Source: Candidatus Nanohalarchaeota archaeon
Lineage (GTDB): Archaea; Nanohalarchaeota; Nanosalinia; Nanosalinales; JAFCCC01
Assembly: GCA_017610385.1 (NCBI GenBank)
Contig: JAFCCC010000003.1
Location: 9,170 to 73,169 of the forward strand
Direction: 5' to 3'
Length of the DNA stretch: 64,000 nt
Shown: piece by piece, positions 30,096 through 42,063 of the stretch
Layout of the letters: the number at the start of each line of letters is the position of its first letter
Position numbering within the stretch: position 1 is the first letter of the stretch
Program-made: the position numbers and the translations under genes
Notes under the pieces: model-generated
What the model saw: only the letters and a program-made list of their open reading frames with translations
Told to the model about the DNA's origin: nothing
The model's database searches: none

Positions 30096-30893
30096 TCACT
30101 TATCAATCTTTATGTTTTTAAGTTTTTTCCTTATTATCTTGCTCTGATCTGAACTTTTTTTCATTAAATCTAGAATTTCATCTTTCGTTATTGGCTCAGA
30201 ACCACCCTTTTGCATTGCACAAATATTTCCGTTTTCTTTAAATGCAAAGGTTAATCTTGAGTCCACAAGTTCTTCTTCCTCTGCATTAGGATCAAAAACT
30301 ATTTTTCCACTAATTTTTCTCGCAGTAATTGAAATTGGAACTTCATTTAACTCTAGTTTTCCAGAATACTTTTCGAAATCGATTTTTTCCGTTTTTAAAT
30401 CATATGTTGGAATTTTAGTATTCATTAATGCTACAACAGCACCCAGTGCTGCGGCATCAAAGAGATTTCCGTCATAATCTAATATCTGAATATCTAAAAA
30501 TACCAGCCAAACTGCTTCGCGTTCTTTAATACATAGAGCTTTTGTATTAATCATTTTTGATTCTCTAATGCCTCTATCAACAACACGAGCTAATTCAATT
30601 GCTGCTTCTCTTGGTGGCCCAGATTCAAATTCTGGAGCCGCAATAGGAGATAACTCCGCACCAGTCATTAATACTCCTTCATCAGGACTGTCTTGATATG
30701 GTTTACCAACACCCATTTTTACCCCAACCAAAACCTTTGTTTTTCCTATTTTTACTAGTGCACAACCTTCTGGATTTTTGTTAATATAATTCGGAATAAT
30801 TTCAATATCTCTAAATTCCTCTAATTTTCTGCCATCTAATCTTATTCCTTTTTGAATGGAATTGATAATAACACTTTTATTTATCTTCATCAT
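30096..30893 (-). CDS. rrp42: Exosome subunit Rrp42
   Basis: RLDGR..EFR, PEFESGPP, ELARVVDRGIRES, DGNLFDA. Confidence 0.96.
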   Translation of the reverse strand: MMKINKSVIINSIQKGIRLDGRKLEEFRDIEIIPNYINKNPEGCALVKIGKTKVLVGVKMGVGKPYQDSPDEGVLMTGAELSPIAAPEFESGPPREAAIELARVVDRGIRESKMINTKALCIKEREAVWLVFLDIQILDYDGNLFDAAALGAVVALMNTKIPTYDLKTEKIDFEKYSGKLELNEVPISITARKISGKIVFDPNAEEEELVDSRLTFAFKENGNICAMQKGGSEPITKDEILDLMKKSSDQSKIIRKKLKNIKIDK

Positions 30894-31618
30894 TTTTGAT
30901 CACCTACTTTATACGTATTTTTTAATACGTTCTTTTGCTGATCGAATAATATCTTACAACCTTTCTGCGCGAGATCTAAAGCGGGTTTCATTTCTTTTTG
31001 ATTAAGATCCCCATCCAGTTGTAATAAGGTAATTTCGTCGCCTCCGTTTATCATCGCAATCGGAAAATCAGCACCACCATAAGAATCTTCTGCTCCCGCA
31101 ACATCTAAAATTAATTTATCCTGAATTTTACCAACTGCGCAAGCAGAAATTAAACCTTTCATTGGAATTCCTGCATCAGCTAATGCTAATGATGCTGCAG
31201 TTAATCCAGTTACTCTTGTAGATGCATTTGCTTGTATAACTTCAATTTCAATTTGAATATCTGCTCTTGGAAATTCTTCTAAAAATATAATTGGTTCCAA
31301 TGCTTTTTTAATTACCAATCCGATTTCAATTGATCTTCTGTTTGGTCCTGGTCTGCACCTATCTGTTGTTGAAAATGGCAACATTTGATACCTAACACTT
31401 AAAACCGCTTTTTTAGGTTGTTGTCTGTGTTGAGGATGTAATTTAGTTGGTCCGTAAACCGCGGCTATAACCTTTGTTTCTCCTAGTTCAATTGCTGCTG
31501 AACCATCTGCCCGGTCTAAAACCCCTAGTTCCATTTTTAATGGTCTCATTTCTTCCATATCGCGACCATCTAGTCTTTTTCCATTTTTTATTAATTTAAT
31601 ATCTAATCCCTTTGCCAT
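30890..31618 (-). CDS. rrp41: Exosome catalytic subunit Rrp41
   Basis: RLDGR, ADGSA, AAVYGP, RRSIEI, ALADAGIPM. Confidence 0.96.
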   Translation of the reverse strand: MAKGLDIKLIKNGKRLDGRDMEEMRPLKMELGVLDRADGSAAIELGETKVIAAVYGPTKLHPQHRQQPKKAVLSVRYQMLPFSTTDRCRPGPNRRSIEIGLVIKKALEPIIFLEEFPRADIQIEIEVIQANASTRVTGLTAASLALADAGIPMKGLISACAVGKIQDKLILDVAGAEDSYGGADFPIAMINGGDEITLLQLDGDLNQKEMKPALDLAQKGCKILFDQQKNVLKNTYKVGDQK

Positions 31619-32311
31619 TTATTTCACCTTTTTTGATTCCTCATCTAACCAATGAGTTATTTTATCTGTTAAACCAGAAGTATGTGCTTCAGCTTCAACC
31701 TTTTTAATGGCCCGAACTGCCAATTCTTCGTTATTTCCTTTTAACCACACTCTTCCATTTTGACCCACAATAATTACACAACCAGTCTTGTCTTTTATTG
31801 TACCAACCATTGTACCACTTTTACCAATTAATCTGGGAACCTTTGTATGAGAAATTTCAATTATTCGTCCTCCAATTAACTTCTTGGCTCTTCTATCTTT
31901 CATAGTTAATTGAACATCTTTCGTTTGTGTTACTTTTTTAATTTTTACAACAATCGTGTCGTCTATATCGTAGAAATCCTCTAAAGATTTCTCATTTAAA
32001 TCAATAAACTCTTCAGTTCCCTCACTCAATGGCAAAATTCCTTCATATGGTGAATTTAAATCCACCTGCCAAATCGCGTGAGATACCCTACTAATGTAAC
32101 CAATAACAAAATCATTCTCTCGTGGAATGTATTTCCCTTTTAACGGAATTACTCTTACTAATCTATTATTCTTAAATTCTGCGACTCCCAAATATTTGGA
32201 GACAATTTTTTTATCATTTCTATAAGTTCCTGGTCCCGGCAAATAATCCATTCCCTCGAATAGAGCTTCACCAGGTATAACCAAACTTTTATCTTTTACT
32301 AATTCTGACAT
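31619..32311 (-). CDS. rrp4: Exosome RNA-binding subunit Rrp4
   Basis: S1 plus KH domains (VPRLIGKSG, GQNGRVW, AHTSGLT). Confidence 0.96.
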   Translation of the reverse strand: MSELVKDKSLVIPGEALFEGMDYLPGPGTYRNDKKIVSKYLGVAEFKNNRLVRVIPLKGKYIPRENDFVIGYISRVSHAIWQVDLNSPYEGILPLSEGTEEFIDLNEKSLEDFYDIDDTIVVKIKKVTQTKDVQLTMKDRRAKKLIGGRIIEISHTKVPRLIGKSGTMVGTIKDKTGCVIIVGQNGRVWLKGNNEELAVRAIKKVEAEAHTSGLTDKITHWLDEESKKVK

Positions 32312-32489
32312 ATTATCACTTTATTAAGAATCGAGGTTACCTAAAATCATTCTTTATCAACGGTCTGAACTCAATTCTATTTTTCCTTTTTCACTTACTA
32401 CTAAGAATCGAAAGCTTTATTAACGTAACGGCCAGCTTCGTTGATGTGCTTGTTGAAGTAATTTATAGTTTATTTTATTTTGTATGTGT

Positions 32490-32846
32490 ATAAGTGAGGG
32501 GACTTTCGAAGGGCTGTTACCTAACAGCTGAAATGCCAGCTGGCACCAACAGCGAGTTAACTGAATGTTAACTCACTTCACTTTTTGCATAATTAAATAA
32601 AGAGTGCTTTATAAAGTGCGTATAGCCTAAAGCGTTGATTAACTTGACCGGAAAATATAATTTAAGGTTAAGTTAGCCCAATCACGTTAATCAATTAACC
32701 GGTTTCGCGGTTAATTTTGCTTGAGCTTTTACTAAAAAGCTCACGCGTTAACCGATTTCCCGGTTACTTTTGTGAAGGGAACTTCTGAAGGAACGTCGCA
32801 TAAAGTGCTGCCTGATTTTGCAGGCATCCGAGCGCTCGGAGTTAAA
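32490..32846. repeat. Hairpin-dense modular repeat region, homologous to 54710-54836
   Basis: At least 8 inverted repeats; GTGA(A)GGGRRCTT..GAAGG at 32494 and 32772; AACTCACTTCACTTTTT at 32570. Confidence 0.7.
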
Positions 32847-32882
32847 CACAACTTTAATAGAATATACTTCTAAAAATTATTT

Positions 32883-34589
32883 ATGAAATATTCTAAATTA
32901 GCTAAAATTTATGAAAAATTAGAAAGTAATGGTTCAAGTTTAAAGAAAACAGAAATATTAGCTAATTTTTTAAAAGATAAGAATGCGGAAGTTTTAGATA
33001 AATTAATTCTTTTAGCAATGGGACGACCTTTTCCAGAATGGAGTGAACTTGATTTAGGAATTGCAGCTCAATTAATGATTGAAGCAATTTCAAAGGTAAG
33101 CGGTATTTCTAAAAAAAAGCTTAATAATTACTGGAGGGAACAAGGAGACTTAGGTTTAGTCGCTGAAAAAGTTTTACAAAATAAAACTCAAAGAACCTTA
33201 TTTTCCCGGTCTTTAAACATTGAAGAAGTTCACAGAAATTTTCAAAAAATTGCAGTAACAGAAGGTTTAAATTCACAATCTCGAAAAATTGCATACATTT
33301 CAGAGTTGTTGGCCAATGCAGAACCCTATGAAGCAAAATATCTTGTAAGAACGATTTTACAAACTCTACGAATTGGTGTAGGTTCGGGAGTTGTTCGAGA
33401 TGCCATTGTACAGGCATTTGATGTTGAAAAGGATTTAGTTGAAAGAGCCCACGAGGTTAGTAATGATTTTTCGAAAGTGGCAGTAATTGCAAAAGAAAAA
33501 GGAAATGAGGGATTAAAAAAAGTCAAAATGGAGCTTTTTAAGCCGGTTAGATCCATGGATGCTCAAAAAGTTAGAGATGTAGAAGAAGGATTCAAACGCG
33601 TTCAGAATAAAGATGGATTTTTGGTTGTAGAACATAAATTAGATGGAATGCGTTGCCAAATACATAAAAACAAAGATAAAATACGTATATTTACAAGACG
33701 CCTGGAAAATGTTACAAAACAGTTCCCAGAAATTACTAACTTTATTAGAGATCATGTTTCTGCTGAAAAATGTATTATAGATTCAGAACTTACTGCGTAT
33801 GATCCACAAACAGGGAATAACTTGCCTTTTCAAGAACTCTCAAAGCGCATTAAAAGAAAATATGATATTGAATTAATAGTAAAAGCGATTCCCGTTTTTA
33901 TCAACGCATTTGATCTCTTATTCTTAAATGGAAAAAATTTGATTACGAAACCATACAAAAAGAGATGGAATGAATTAAACGAGATTGTTGAAGAAAAAGA
34001 AAAAGAATTTGTTTTAGTTACTCATTTAGAAACAGATAAGCCCGAAAACGTTAAAAAATTTTACAAAAGATCTTTAGAACTTAAAAATGAGGGTATTATG
34101 TTCAAAAATCTAGATGCAGAGTATAAGCCTGGTTCTAGAGTTGGTCATATGGTTAAATTAAAGCCGATTATGGAAACATTGGATTTAATAATAGTTGAAG
34201 CCGAATGGGGTGAAGGAAAACGATCTAATTGGCTATCTTCTTTTAAATTAGCGTGTCAGAATGAAACAGGAACCCCCGTAACTATTGGTAAAATGGCTAC
34301 CGGATTGACAGAAGAACAATTTAGTGAAATAACAGAAAAACTAAAACCGCTAATTCTTGAAGAAAGTGGTCGAACAGTTAAGTTAAAACCTCAAATTGTG
34401 TTAGAGGTGGCTTATGAAGAGATTCAAAGAAGTCCAACTTATGAATCGAGGTTTGCATTGAGATTTCCTCGGTTAGTACAATTCAGAGACGATCTAAGCC
34501 CAGAAGAGATAGATGACATTAAAAAAGTGAAAAATTTGTATGATGCACAGAAGCAACACAGAAGTATGGGGGTTAAGAAACGCATTTAA
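32883..34589 (+). CDS. lig: ATP-dependent DNA ligase
   Basis: EHKLDG motif I, EGIMFK, VKLKP, LRFPR. Confidence 0.97.
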   Translation: MKYSKLAKIYEKLESNGSSLKKTEILANFLKDKNAEVLDKLILLAMGRPFPEWSELDLGIAAQLMIEAISKVSGISKKKLNNYWREQGDLGLVAEKVLQNKTQRTLFSRSLNIEEVHRNFQKIAVTEGLNSQSRKIAYISELLANAEPYEAKYLVRTILQTLRIGVGSGVVRDAIVQAFDVEKDLVERAHEVSNDFSKVAVIAKEKGNEGLKKVKMELFKPVRSMDAQKVRDVEEGFKRVQNKDGFLVVEHKLDGMRCQIHKNKDKIRIFTRRLENVTKQFPEITNFIRDHVSAEKCIIDSELTAYDPQTGNNLPFQELSKRIKRKYDIELIVKAIPVFINAFDLLFLNGKNLITKPYKKRWNELNEIVEEKEKEFVLVTHLETDKPENVKKFYKRSLELKNEGIMFKNLDAEYKPGSRVGHMVKLKPIMETLDLIIVEAEWGEGKRSNWLSSFKLACQNETGTPVTIGKMATGLTEEQFSEITEKLKPLILEESGRTVKLKPQIVLEVAYEEIQRSPTYESRFALRFPRLVQFRDDLSPEEIDDIKKVKNLYDAQKQHRSMGVKKRI

Positions 34590-34722
34590 AACTAAAAAGT
34601 AATAATATCAAAAGAACTAATTAATAATACAAGACATAGGAAAGGTTTATATCTAATGAATAACTTATTTTAATTAGGTCGAAACAGTAATAACGCTAAA
34701 AAATTTTTTGGTGAAATAAAAA

Positions 34723-35535
34723 ATGGTCGCTTCAAAAGAAACATTAGATGCATTAGGGTCCATTGGACTAAATATGTATCAAAGGAAGATTTATTCTGCC
34801 CTTTTAAGTCGGGGTGTTTCAACTGCAGGAGAATTAAGTGAAATGACTGGTGTTCCTAGGTCCAGATCCTATGATGTTCTAGAATCTCTGGCCGATATGG
34901 GCTTTGCAATTTTAAAACCATCTAAACCTAGAGAATATGTCGCAATTCCACCTTATGAAGCTTTGGAGAATGTAAAGGAACTACAAAAAGGAAAATTAAA
35001 AGATAAATTGGCTAAGATCGAAAAATTGAGAAACAGCGAAGCTGTTCAGGAGTTAAACATTTTATATAATGAAGGAGTCAGTTTAGTGGATCCAGCAGAT
35101 CTGTCTGGTGCTTTGAAAGGGCGTTATAATCTCTATCAGCATTTAGGAAATCTAATTAAGTCTGCTGAACAAGAAGTTAAATTGCTTACAACCGAAACCG
35201 GATTAAAAGAATTAGCAGAGAATTATTCAGATATTCTGAGTAAAGCAAAAGCAAGAGGGGTACGTATTAAAATTATTGCGCCGATTACATCGGAAAATAA
35301 AGAATCCTATTTAACTCTCAAAGACTTTGCGGATGTAAGATTACCTGAAAGAGAAAATTTAAGTAGAATCTCTATTATAGATGGAAAAAGAACAACAATG
35401 GCTTTAACACATGAGAAAGTACATCCAACTCAAGATACAGCTTTTTGGACAGATTCTTCTCATCTAGCTTCAGGAACCCTAAATCCACTATTTGATATGC
35501 TTTGGAATTCTGGAAAGATCCCTGAAAAACCTTAA
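34723..35535 (+). CDS. TrmB-family transcriptional regulator
   Basis: GL..Y..KIYSALL..GVPRSRSYDVLESL wHTH plus a C-terminal effector domain. Confidence 0.92.
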   Translation: MVASKETLDALGSIGLNMYQRKIYSALLSRGVSTAGELSEMTGVPRSRSYDVLESLADMGFAILKPSKPREYVAIPPYEALENVKELQKGKLKDKLAKIEKLRNSEAVQELNILYNEGVSLVDPADLSGALKGRYNLYQHLGNLIKSAEQEVKLLTTETGLKELAENYSDILSKAKARGVRIKIIAPITSENKESYLTLKDFADVRLPERENLSRISIIDGKRTTMALTHEKVHPTQDTAFWTDSSHLASGTLNPLFDMLWNSGKIPEKP

Positions 35536-35670
35536 AAAGTTTTCGGGGGAAACTATTTTATTCTAATTACCTAAATCAGACTAAAATTGATTATTTCAGT
35601 TTTAGAACTCAATCTAAAAACGAGTTTATTTTAATAGCTCAAATCAAATTATATTTCCTAGAGTGATTTC

Positions 35671-36693
35671 ATGTTAACACAAAAACAAATAATTCAGATT
35701 AGAGCGTTATTGGAAAAAGCAAAAACCCCATTTTATTTTTTCGATGGGGATCCTGATGGACTATGTTCTTTTCTATTACTAATGAAAAAATATGAGAAAG
35801 GGGATTTTGAATGTGCAAATTTTCCTGTTGATGATGAAAGACCTTATTTGGAAAAATCAAAGGAAATCTATTCTGATCTTATTGTTATTCTAGATCGTGC
35901 GTATATGACTCAAAAGGCAATTAATTCATTCAGAACAAAAGTTCTGTGGATTGATCATCATCCACCACTTAAACGAAATAATGTATTTTATTTTAATTCG
36001 CGTTTAAATAGAAAAGAAGTTCCGACAACGTATATGGCATATCAAATTACTAGAGAAAATGAATGGTTGGCCACTGTGGGTACTATTGCAGATTATCATC
36101 TTCCAGCCTTTTCTAATAATTTTTCCAGACAATATCCTGAAATTCTTCCAAAAAAGATTATTAATCTCGATGAAATCTTGTTCGATACGAAAATGGGCCA
36201 ATTAATTGATGTATTTAATTTTAATTTGCATGGCGCGGAAAATTCCATAAGAAAAAATGTGAATTATCTCTTAAAAATTAAAGATCCCTTGGAAATTTTA
36301 GAACAGAAAAATAAAGCAGGGAAATTACTTTACAAAAATTATCAAAAGTTAAATAAAAAATATCAAAGACTCTTGAAACTGGCTTTGAAAGAAGAAAATG
36401 AAAAATTTATGTTTTTTACATACTCTGGAAAAGTTGGATTTACTGGAAAATTGAGTATGGAACTAATGTATAGAAAAGATCCAGAAGTGTCTATAGTCGC
36501 TAAAGAAGAAAAAGATTCTAATATAATTTCTATGAGCCTGAGATCTAGGACTAAAGATGTATCCAAATTGTTAAAACAAGCTTTAGTTGGTTTAGAAGGA
36601 GGAGGAGGGGGTCACGAGCATGCTTGTGGCGCACATATTAAAAAAGAAGATTTTGAGAAGTTTATTAATACTTTTAGAGAGCTTGTTTCGTAA
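35671..36693 (+). CDS. DHH/DHHA1-family phosphoesterase
   Basis: DGDPDG, ILD, IDHH, SLRS, GGGHEHACG. Confidence 0.9.
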   Translation: MLTQKQIIQIRALLEKAKTPFYFFDGDPDGLCSFLLLMKKYEKGDFECANFPVDDERPYLEKSKEIYSDLIVILDRAYMTQKAINSFRTKVLWIDHHPPLKRNNVFYFNSRLNRKEVPTTYMAYQITRENEWLATVGTIADYHLPAFSNNFSRQYPEILPKKIINLDEILFDTKMGQLIDVFNFNLHGAENSIRKNVNYLLKIKDPLEILEQKNKAGKLLYKNYQKLNKKYQRLLKLALKEENEKFMFFTYSGKVGFTGKLSMELMYRKDPEVSIVAKEEKDSNIISMSLRSRTKDVSKLLKQALVGLEGGGGGHEHACGAHIKKEDFEKFINTFRELVS

Positions 36694-36728
36694 AAAGTTA
36701 TATAAACAAAATCAGACAAAAGTAAACT

Positions 36729-37268
36729 ATGATAAAATGGTCTAAAGCAATATTATTGGAACTTGTTCTGTATATTTTATTTTTTGTTGAGATGGTTTTG
36801 ATAAGTTTAATTGGACTTACAGTTACAGGCTATATAATTGTATATTTAGCAATTTCGCCATTAATTGTCTTGTTTTGTGCCCACAGTTATTTTAATAACC
36901 GTAAATTCAATATCCAAGAAGCCTTTTACTTAGGACTTTTCTGGGCAATTAGTACATTACTTTTAGATTCTTTGTTTACTACGATGGTATTTAAATTGCC
37001 ACTAATTTATGAATTTTTAAGTTGGGTTATCTGGTTCTCCTTATTTGAAATTTTAATATTCACCACATTTTCAGGTTCTTTGATGAAAGAAGTAATTCGA
37101 GATATTCATGCAGTTAAGGAAAAACCTTCAAAGAAAACAGTTGTTAAAAAACAGATTCGAAGAACAATTAAAAAACCTGCGAAAAAGACAATCGCAAAGA
37201 AAACCAAATCTAAATCAAATTCTGTTAAAAAACCTGCGAAAAAGAATAAATCAACAAAGAAAAAATAA
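36729..37268 (+). CDS. Membrane protein with Lys-rich tail
   Basis: 4 TM segments plus KKPAKK repeats. Confidence 0.7.
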   Translation: MIKWSKAILLELVLYILFFVEMVLISLIGLTVTGYIIVYLAISPLIVLFCAHSYFNNRKFNIQEAFYLGLFWAISTLLLDSLFTTMVFKLPLIYEFLSWVIWFSLFEILIFTTFSGSLMKEVIRDIHAVKEKPSKKTVVKKQIRRTIKKPAKKTIAKKTKSKSNSVKKPAKKNKSTKKK

Positions 37269-37269
37269 A

Positions 37270-37524
37270 TTAATCTACGACAAAGTCGATTTTCAAATGA
37301 AATATATGTGGATAATTCGGATTTTGCCTTGAACCCTTGATTCTTGGATCCTTAACACAGATTCGAATATCTCTTTTCTTTTCTAATAAATAATCTCTGA
37401 AACTTTTCCCACCGAAAATTTCTCTATTTAAAAAATGACCAACAGCTTTTTCAGCTGAAATATCTATAAAGTGAAATCGATGATATTTTCCATAACCATA
37501 CTCCCAAACTTCAAAATTTTTCAT
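37270..37524 (-). CDS. Hypothetical protein
   Basis: 84-aa ORF with ATGA overlap to adk. Confidence 0.6.
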   Translation of the reverse strand: MKNFEVWEYGYGKYHRFHFIDISAEKAVGHFLNREIFGGKSFRDYLLEKKRDIRICVKDPRIKGSRQNPNYPHIFHLKIDFVVD

Positions 37525-38150
37525 TTTATTTTATTCACGATTTCTTGAATATCTTTCCAAACCTCCTTAAGTTCTCTATTGGCATCAATCCTTTTCAAAA
37601 TACTTCTTTTTTCATAGTATTTTATAACTGGTTTGAGACTTTTATTAAAAACTCTAGTTCTTTTTCTGATAATTTTTGGTCTATCATCCTCTCTTTGAGT
37701 TAATTTTTCTCCACATACGTCACAAATACCTTCTTTTTTTGGAGGTTTTAATTTAATGTGATAGGTGATATCACAGTTTCTACAAATCCATCGGCCAGAA
37801 ATTCTTTCTATTAATTCTTTTTGATTCACTTCTAAATAAAGTGCAATATCAATTGCTGTAATTTTCTCTAAAAGTTTAACTTGTTTTAAACTTCGCGGAA
37901 ATCCGTCTAAAATGAAATTTTGTTTGGCGGCCCGTTTAATGAATGGTAAAATAAATTCTATGACAATGTAGTCTGGGACTAATATCCCTTTTTTAATGTA
38001 TTTGTGTGGAGTTCCTTTTTTTGTTTTAGTGTTCTCATTTTTTCTTAAAATTCCGCCAGTATCAATATATTGCAATTTATATTTTCTACTGATTTTTTCT
38101 GCTTGTGTACCTTTACCTGCGCCCGGTGGACCTAATAGTACAATTTTCAA
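37521..38150 (-). CDS. adk: Adenylate kinase (bacterial type, Zn-lid)
   Basis: GPPGAGKGTQ, LDGFPR, CRNC..CDVCG, QREDD. Confidence 0.95.
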   Translation of the reverse strand: MKIVLLGPPGAGKGTQAEKISRKYKLQYIDTGGILRKNENTKTKKGTPHKYIKKGILVPDYIVIEFILPFIKRAAKQNFILDGFPRSLKQVKLLEKITAIDIALYLEVNQKELIERISGRWICRNCDITYHIKLKPPKKEGICDVCGEKLTQREDDRPKIIRKRTRVFNKSLKPVIKYYEKRSILKRIDANRELKEVWKDIQEIVNKIK

Positions 38151-39518
<1,368 letters not shown>

Positions 39519-39581
39519 AATTAATAAAGGTGTTTCTCTTAATTTATAAGTTAAGCTTGAGTAGAGTAAATTGTGATATAA

Positions 39582-40271
39582 ATGCCTAAATTCCAAGTAA
39601 TTTTAGATTTAGATAATACTCTTTACCCTTTTCGGGAGAATTTAACACAACTTATGCAGAAGCATTTTGTAGGAAAGGATTTAATGAAGGATTATGTGCA
39701 CTCTAAACACTATCTCAACGGATCTTTTTTTGAGTGGGCATTTAGAACTGGTTATGGAAAATTAAATAAACTTCCTAGTTGGAGTCAAAACTTAAGAGAA
39801 TTAGGGAATACAAGACTTTTTACTCATGGAAAGCCATACGACGGTGCGCAAGAATTAACTGACAAAATAAGTTCTTTGGATGGGCTTGTTTTCATTTTAA
39901 CACACAGAGGCACCATAGATTCTCCAGACATTTATTTTGATAATGGATTTGAAAAAACCAAACAATGGCTTGCAAATTATAATATTAAACATCATCGGCT
40001 GATTTTTACTCAGAAAAAAGTTGAAACCATGAGAAAATTGGAACAAGAATATAATTTGCCAATTTTAATTAGTTTAGAAGACGCAAAAGAAAATGCAGTG
40101 CAGATGGCTCAAGCAGGATTTACAACTTTGCTTTTAGAAAAAACTTACAATAATATAAACTCTGACTCTCTTGCTCAAGAGTTAATTTCAAACGGAAAAT
40201 TAATTCTTGTTAAAGATTTGCATGAAGCCCGCGAAAAATTAGAAGAAATAGCTCATAAATTCGAAAACTAG
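39582..40271 (+). CDS. HAD-superfamily nucleotidase-like protein
   Basis: LDLDNTL motif I, ILTHR, TKQWL, LEDA. Confidence 0.8.
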   Translation: MPKFQVILDLDNTLYPFRENLTQLMQKHFVGKDLMKDYVHSKHYLNGSFFEWAFRTGYGKLNKLPSWSQNLRELGNTRLFTHGKPYDGAQELTDKISSLDGLVFILTHRGTIDSPDIYFDNGFEKTKQWLANYNIKHHRLIFTQKKVETMRKLEQEYNLPILISLEDAKENAVQMAQAGFTTLLLEKTYNNINSDSLAQELISNGKLILVKDLHEAREKLEEIAHKFEN

Positions 40272-40308
40272 GAAAATTAAAAGAAAAAATGAATGAGTTA
40301 ATTATAAC

Positions 40309-40677
40309 TTATTCTAATAATTTTCTACCTTCTATATCCCAGAAAGTAATTTCCTCTCCCGCACTTACTTTTTTATCACCTATTTCTAGATCCATCATTT
40401 CATAGGTCTTCAGATCCATTACCTGAGCGACGGCTCCACTAATAGAAACTACTTGACCAACCTTTTTTACGACATCTGGAGCCATAAATGGTGTGTGGCC
40501 TGGTTTTAAAAGATTTCTAGTTCTTTTATCAAAGAGACCTTCTGCCATAATTCTATATTTTGCATGTCCGTGTTTTCCCGGTGCGGATCTCTCGATTTTC
40601 TTGATTTTGCACGGTTCATTTTCCAAAATAACATAAGATCCCACCTTTAAATCTCCAATATCTATTTGTGTAGCCAT
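40309..40677 (-). CDS. eif5a: Translation factor aIF5A
   Basis: SAPGKHGHAK hypusine site. Confidence 0.96.
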   Translation of the reverse strand: MATQIDIGDLKVGSYVILENEPCKIKKIERSAPGKHGHAKYRIMAEGLFDKRTRNLLKPGHTPFMAPDVVKKVGQVVSISGAVAQVMDLKTYEMMDLEIGDKKVSAGEEITFWDIEGRKLLE

Positions 40678-40776
40678 AATTTCACCTTAATTTACTTTAT
40701 AATATTTGAAGTATATTTAAAAGAGTTTCTATCAGCTCGTATTTGTTTTATATATAAATTTACCTAAATTTAATGA

Positions 40777-41508
40777 ATGCCTTCTGAGGAACAAGTAAAA
40801 GATTATATTTTACAACAACTTGCTACAGGAAAGAATATTTTAAAGATCAGGCAAAATCTCATTAATGCAAACTGGTCACCTGCGGCTGTAGATAAACTTT
40901 TAGATGAAGTTCTTACTGTAAAAAAATCTCAGACAAAGTCTAAACCAAATACTGATAATTTTATTCATTTTTGGTTGCATTCAATTAGTGGAATTATCTT
41001 GCATCCAAATGAATTTTTCCAGAATCTTCCAGAATTAAAATTTGGCAAAATTATTTTAATTTCTCTTTTAAATTTTCTTGTACCGATTTTAGTTAATGTG
41101 GCAATAACTTCTCTTTATGTGTTGCTTTTACCATTTTTAGCTTTCTTTGTTGGTTTTGGCATTGGTATAAGTTTGTTATATGTTTTAGTTGTTGGAATTC
41201 CAACTGCAATTCTTAGCCTTTTTGTTGGAGCAGCATACTTACATTTATTTGTCAAATTATTCAAAGGAAAAGGTACGTATAAAAAGAGCTTAGAAATTGT
41301 GGCGTTTTCATCTGCTGCGTCCCTATTGGGATTAATTCCAATTTTAGGGGTTATCGCAGCCATTATTTTTACAATTCGCGCGCAAATAAAAGGTATTGCA
41401 ACTTTACATCAAATGACTTCAAAGAAAGCGGCAATAGTTTTACTTACTTCCTGGATTTTACCAACTATTCTTATAGGGATTTATTTACTTTTTGTATTTT
41501 TAGCCTAA
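40777..41508 (+). CDS. Yip1-family membrane protein
   Basis: LHPNEFF, LFKGKGTY, several TM helices. Confidence 0.8.
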   Translation: MPSEEQVKDYILQQLATGKNILKIRQNLINANWSPAAVDKLLDEVLTVKKSQTKSKPNTDNFIHFWLHSISGIILHPNEFFQNLPELKFGKIILISLLNFLVPILVNVAITSLYVLLLPFLAFFVGFGIGISLLYVLVVGIPTAILSLFVGAAYLHLFVKLFKGKGTYKKSLEIVAFSSAASLLGLIPILGVIAAIIFTIRAQIKGIATLHQMTSKKAAIVLLTSWILPTILIGIYLLFVFLA

Positions 41509-41557
41509 AATTTTGTCGAGTTTTTTTGTTTAAATTTTTTTAAGTACACACTCTTAT

Positions 41558-42049
41558 TTACAATTCTTTCTCAAAAACTAAAGTTTTGTGTCCTTTTCCG
41601 TTGCGCACATCATCTAAAAACTCAGTTTTAATCCTCGTGTCAAATTTTTTACTGAGATGTTTAACGATTTCATTAGCATCTTCACATACATAATTAACTT
41701 TCTTGTAACCTTCTGATCGAAGTTTTTGCAATGCAATTCTAAACAATTTTGTTCCAATACCTCTATTTCTTTGTTGTTTTTGAACTGCTTCATTGGTTAT
41801 GACCCCTGTGTCTGAATTTTCATCATCTTTTTTCCACGCCACGAACCCAATAATTTTTTTATTTTCAATAACTAGAACTGCACGTTCTTTTCTATTAAGA
41901 AGATCTTCAATCTCAGTTTCTTGTTTTTCATCTGAAAAAGGTGGCGAATAGTTTTCTCTAACTTCTATTAAAAATGTATTCAGTTCTTTCGCGTTTTCAG
42001 GAAAAAAGCTTTGAAATTCTATTGTCATATTCTTACTTTGTGCCACCAA
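41558..42049 (-). CDS. GNAT acetyltransferase
   Basis: AVQKQQRNRGIGTKL acetyl-CoA motif. Confidence 0.85.
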   Translation of the reverse strand: MVAQSKNMTIEFQSFFPENAKELNTFLIEVRENYSPPFSDEKQETEIEDLLNRKERAVLVIENKKIIGFVAWKKDDENSDTGVITNEAVQKQQRNRGIGTKLFRIALQKLRSEGYKKVNYVCEDANEIVKHLSKKFDTRIKTEFLDDVRNGKGHKTLVFEKEL

Positions 42050-42063
42050 GATAAAAAGAACTA

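Noticed and set aside
32490-32846. Possible CRISPR array
   Set aside because: No identical repeats with regular unique spacers, and no cas genes in the window.
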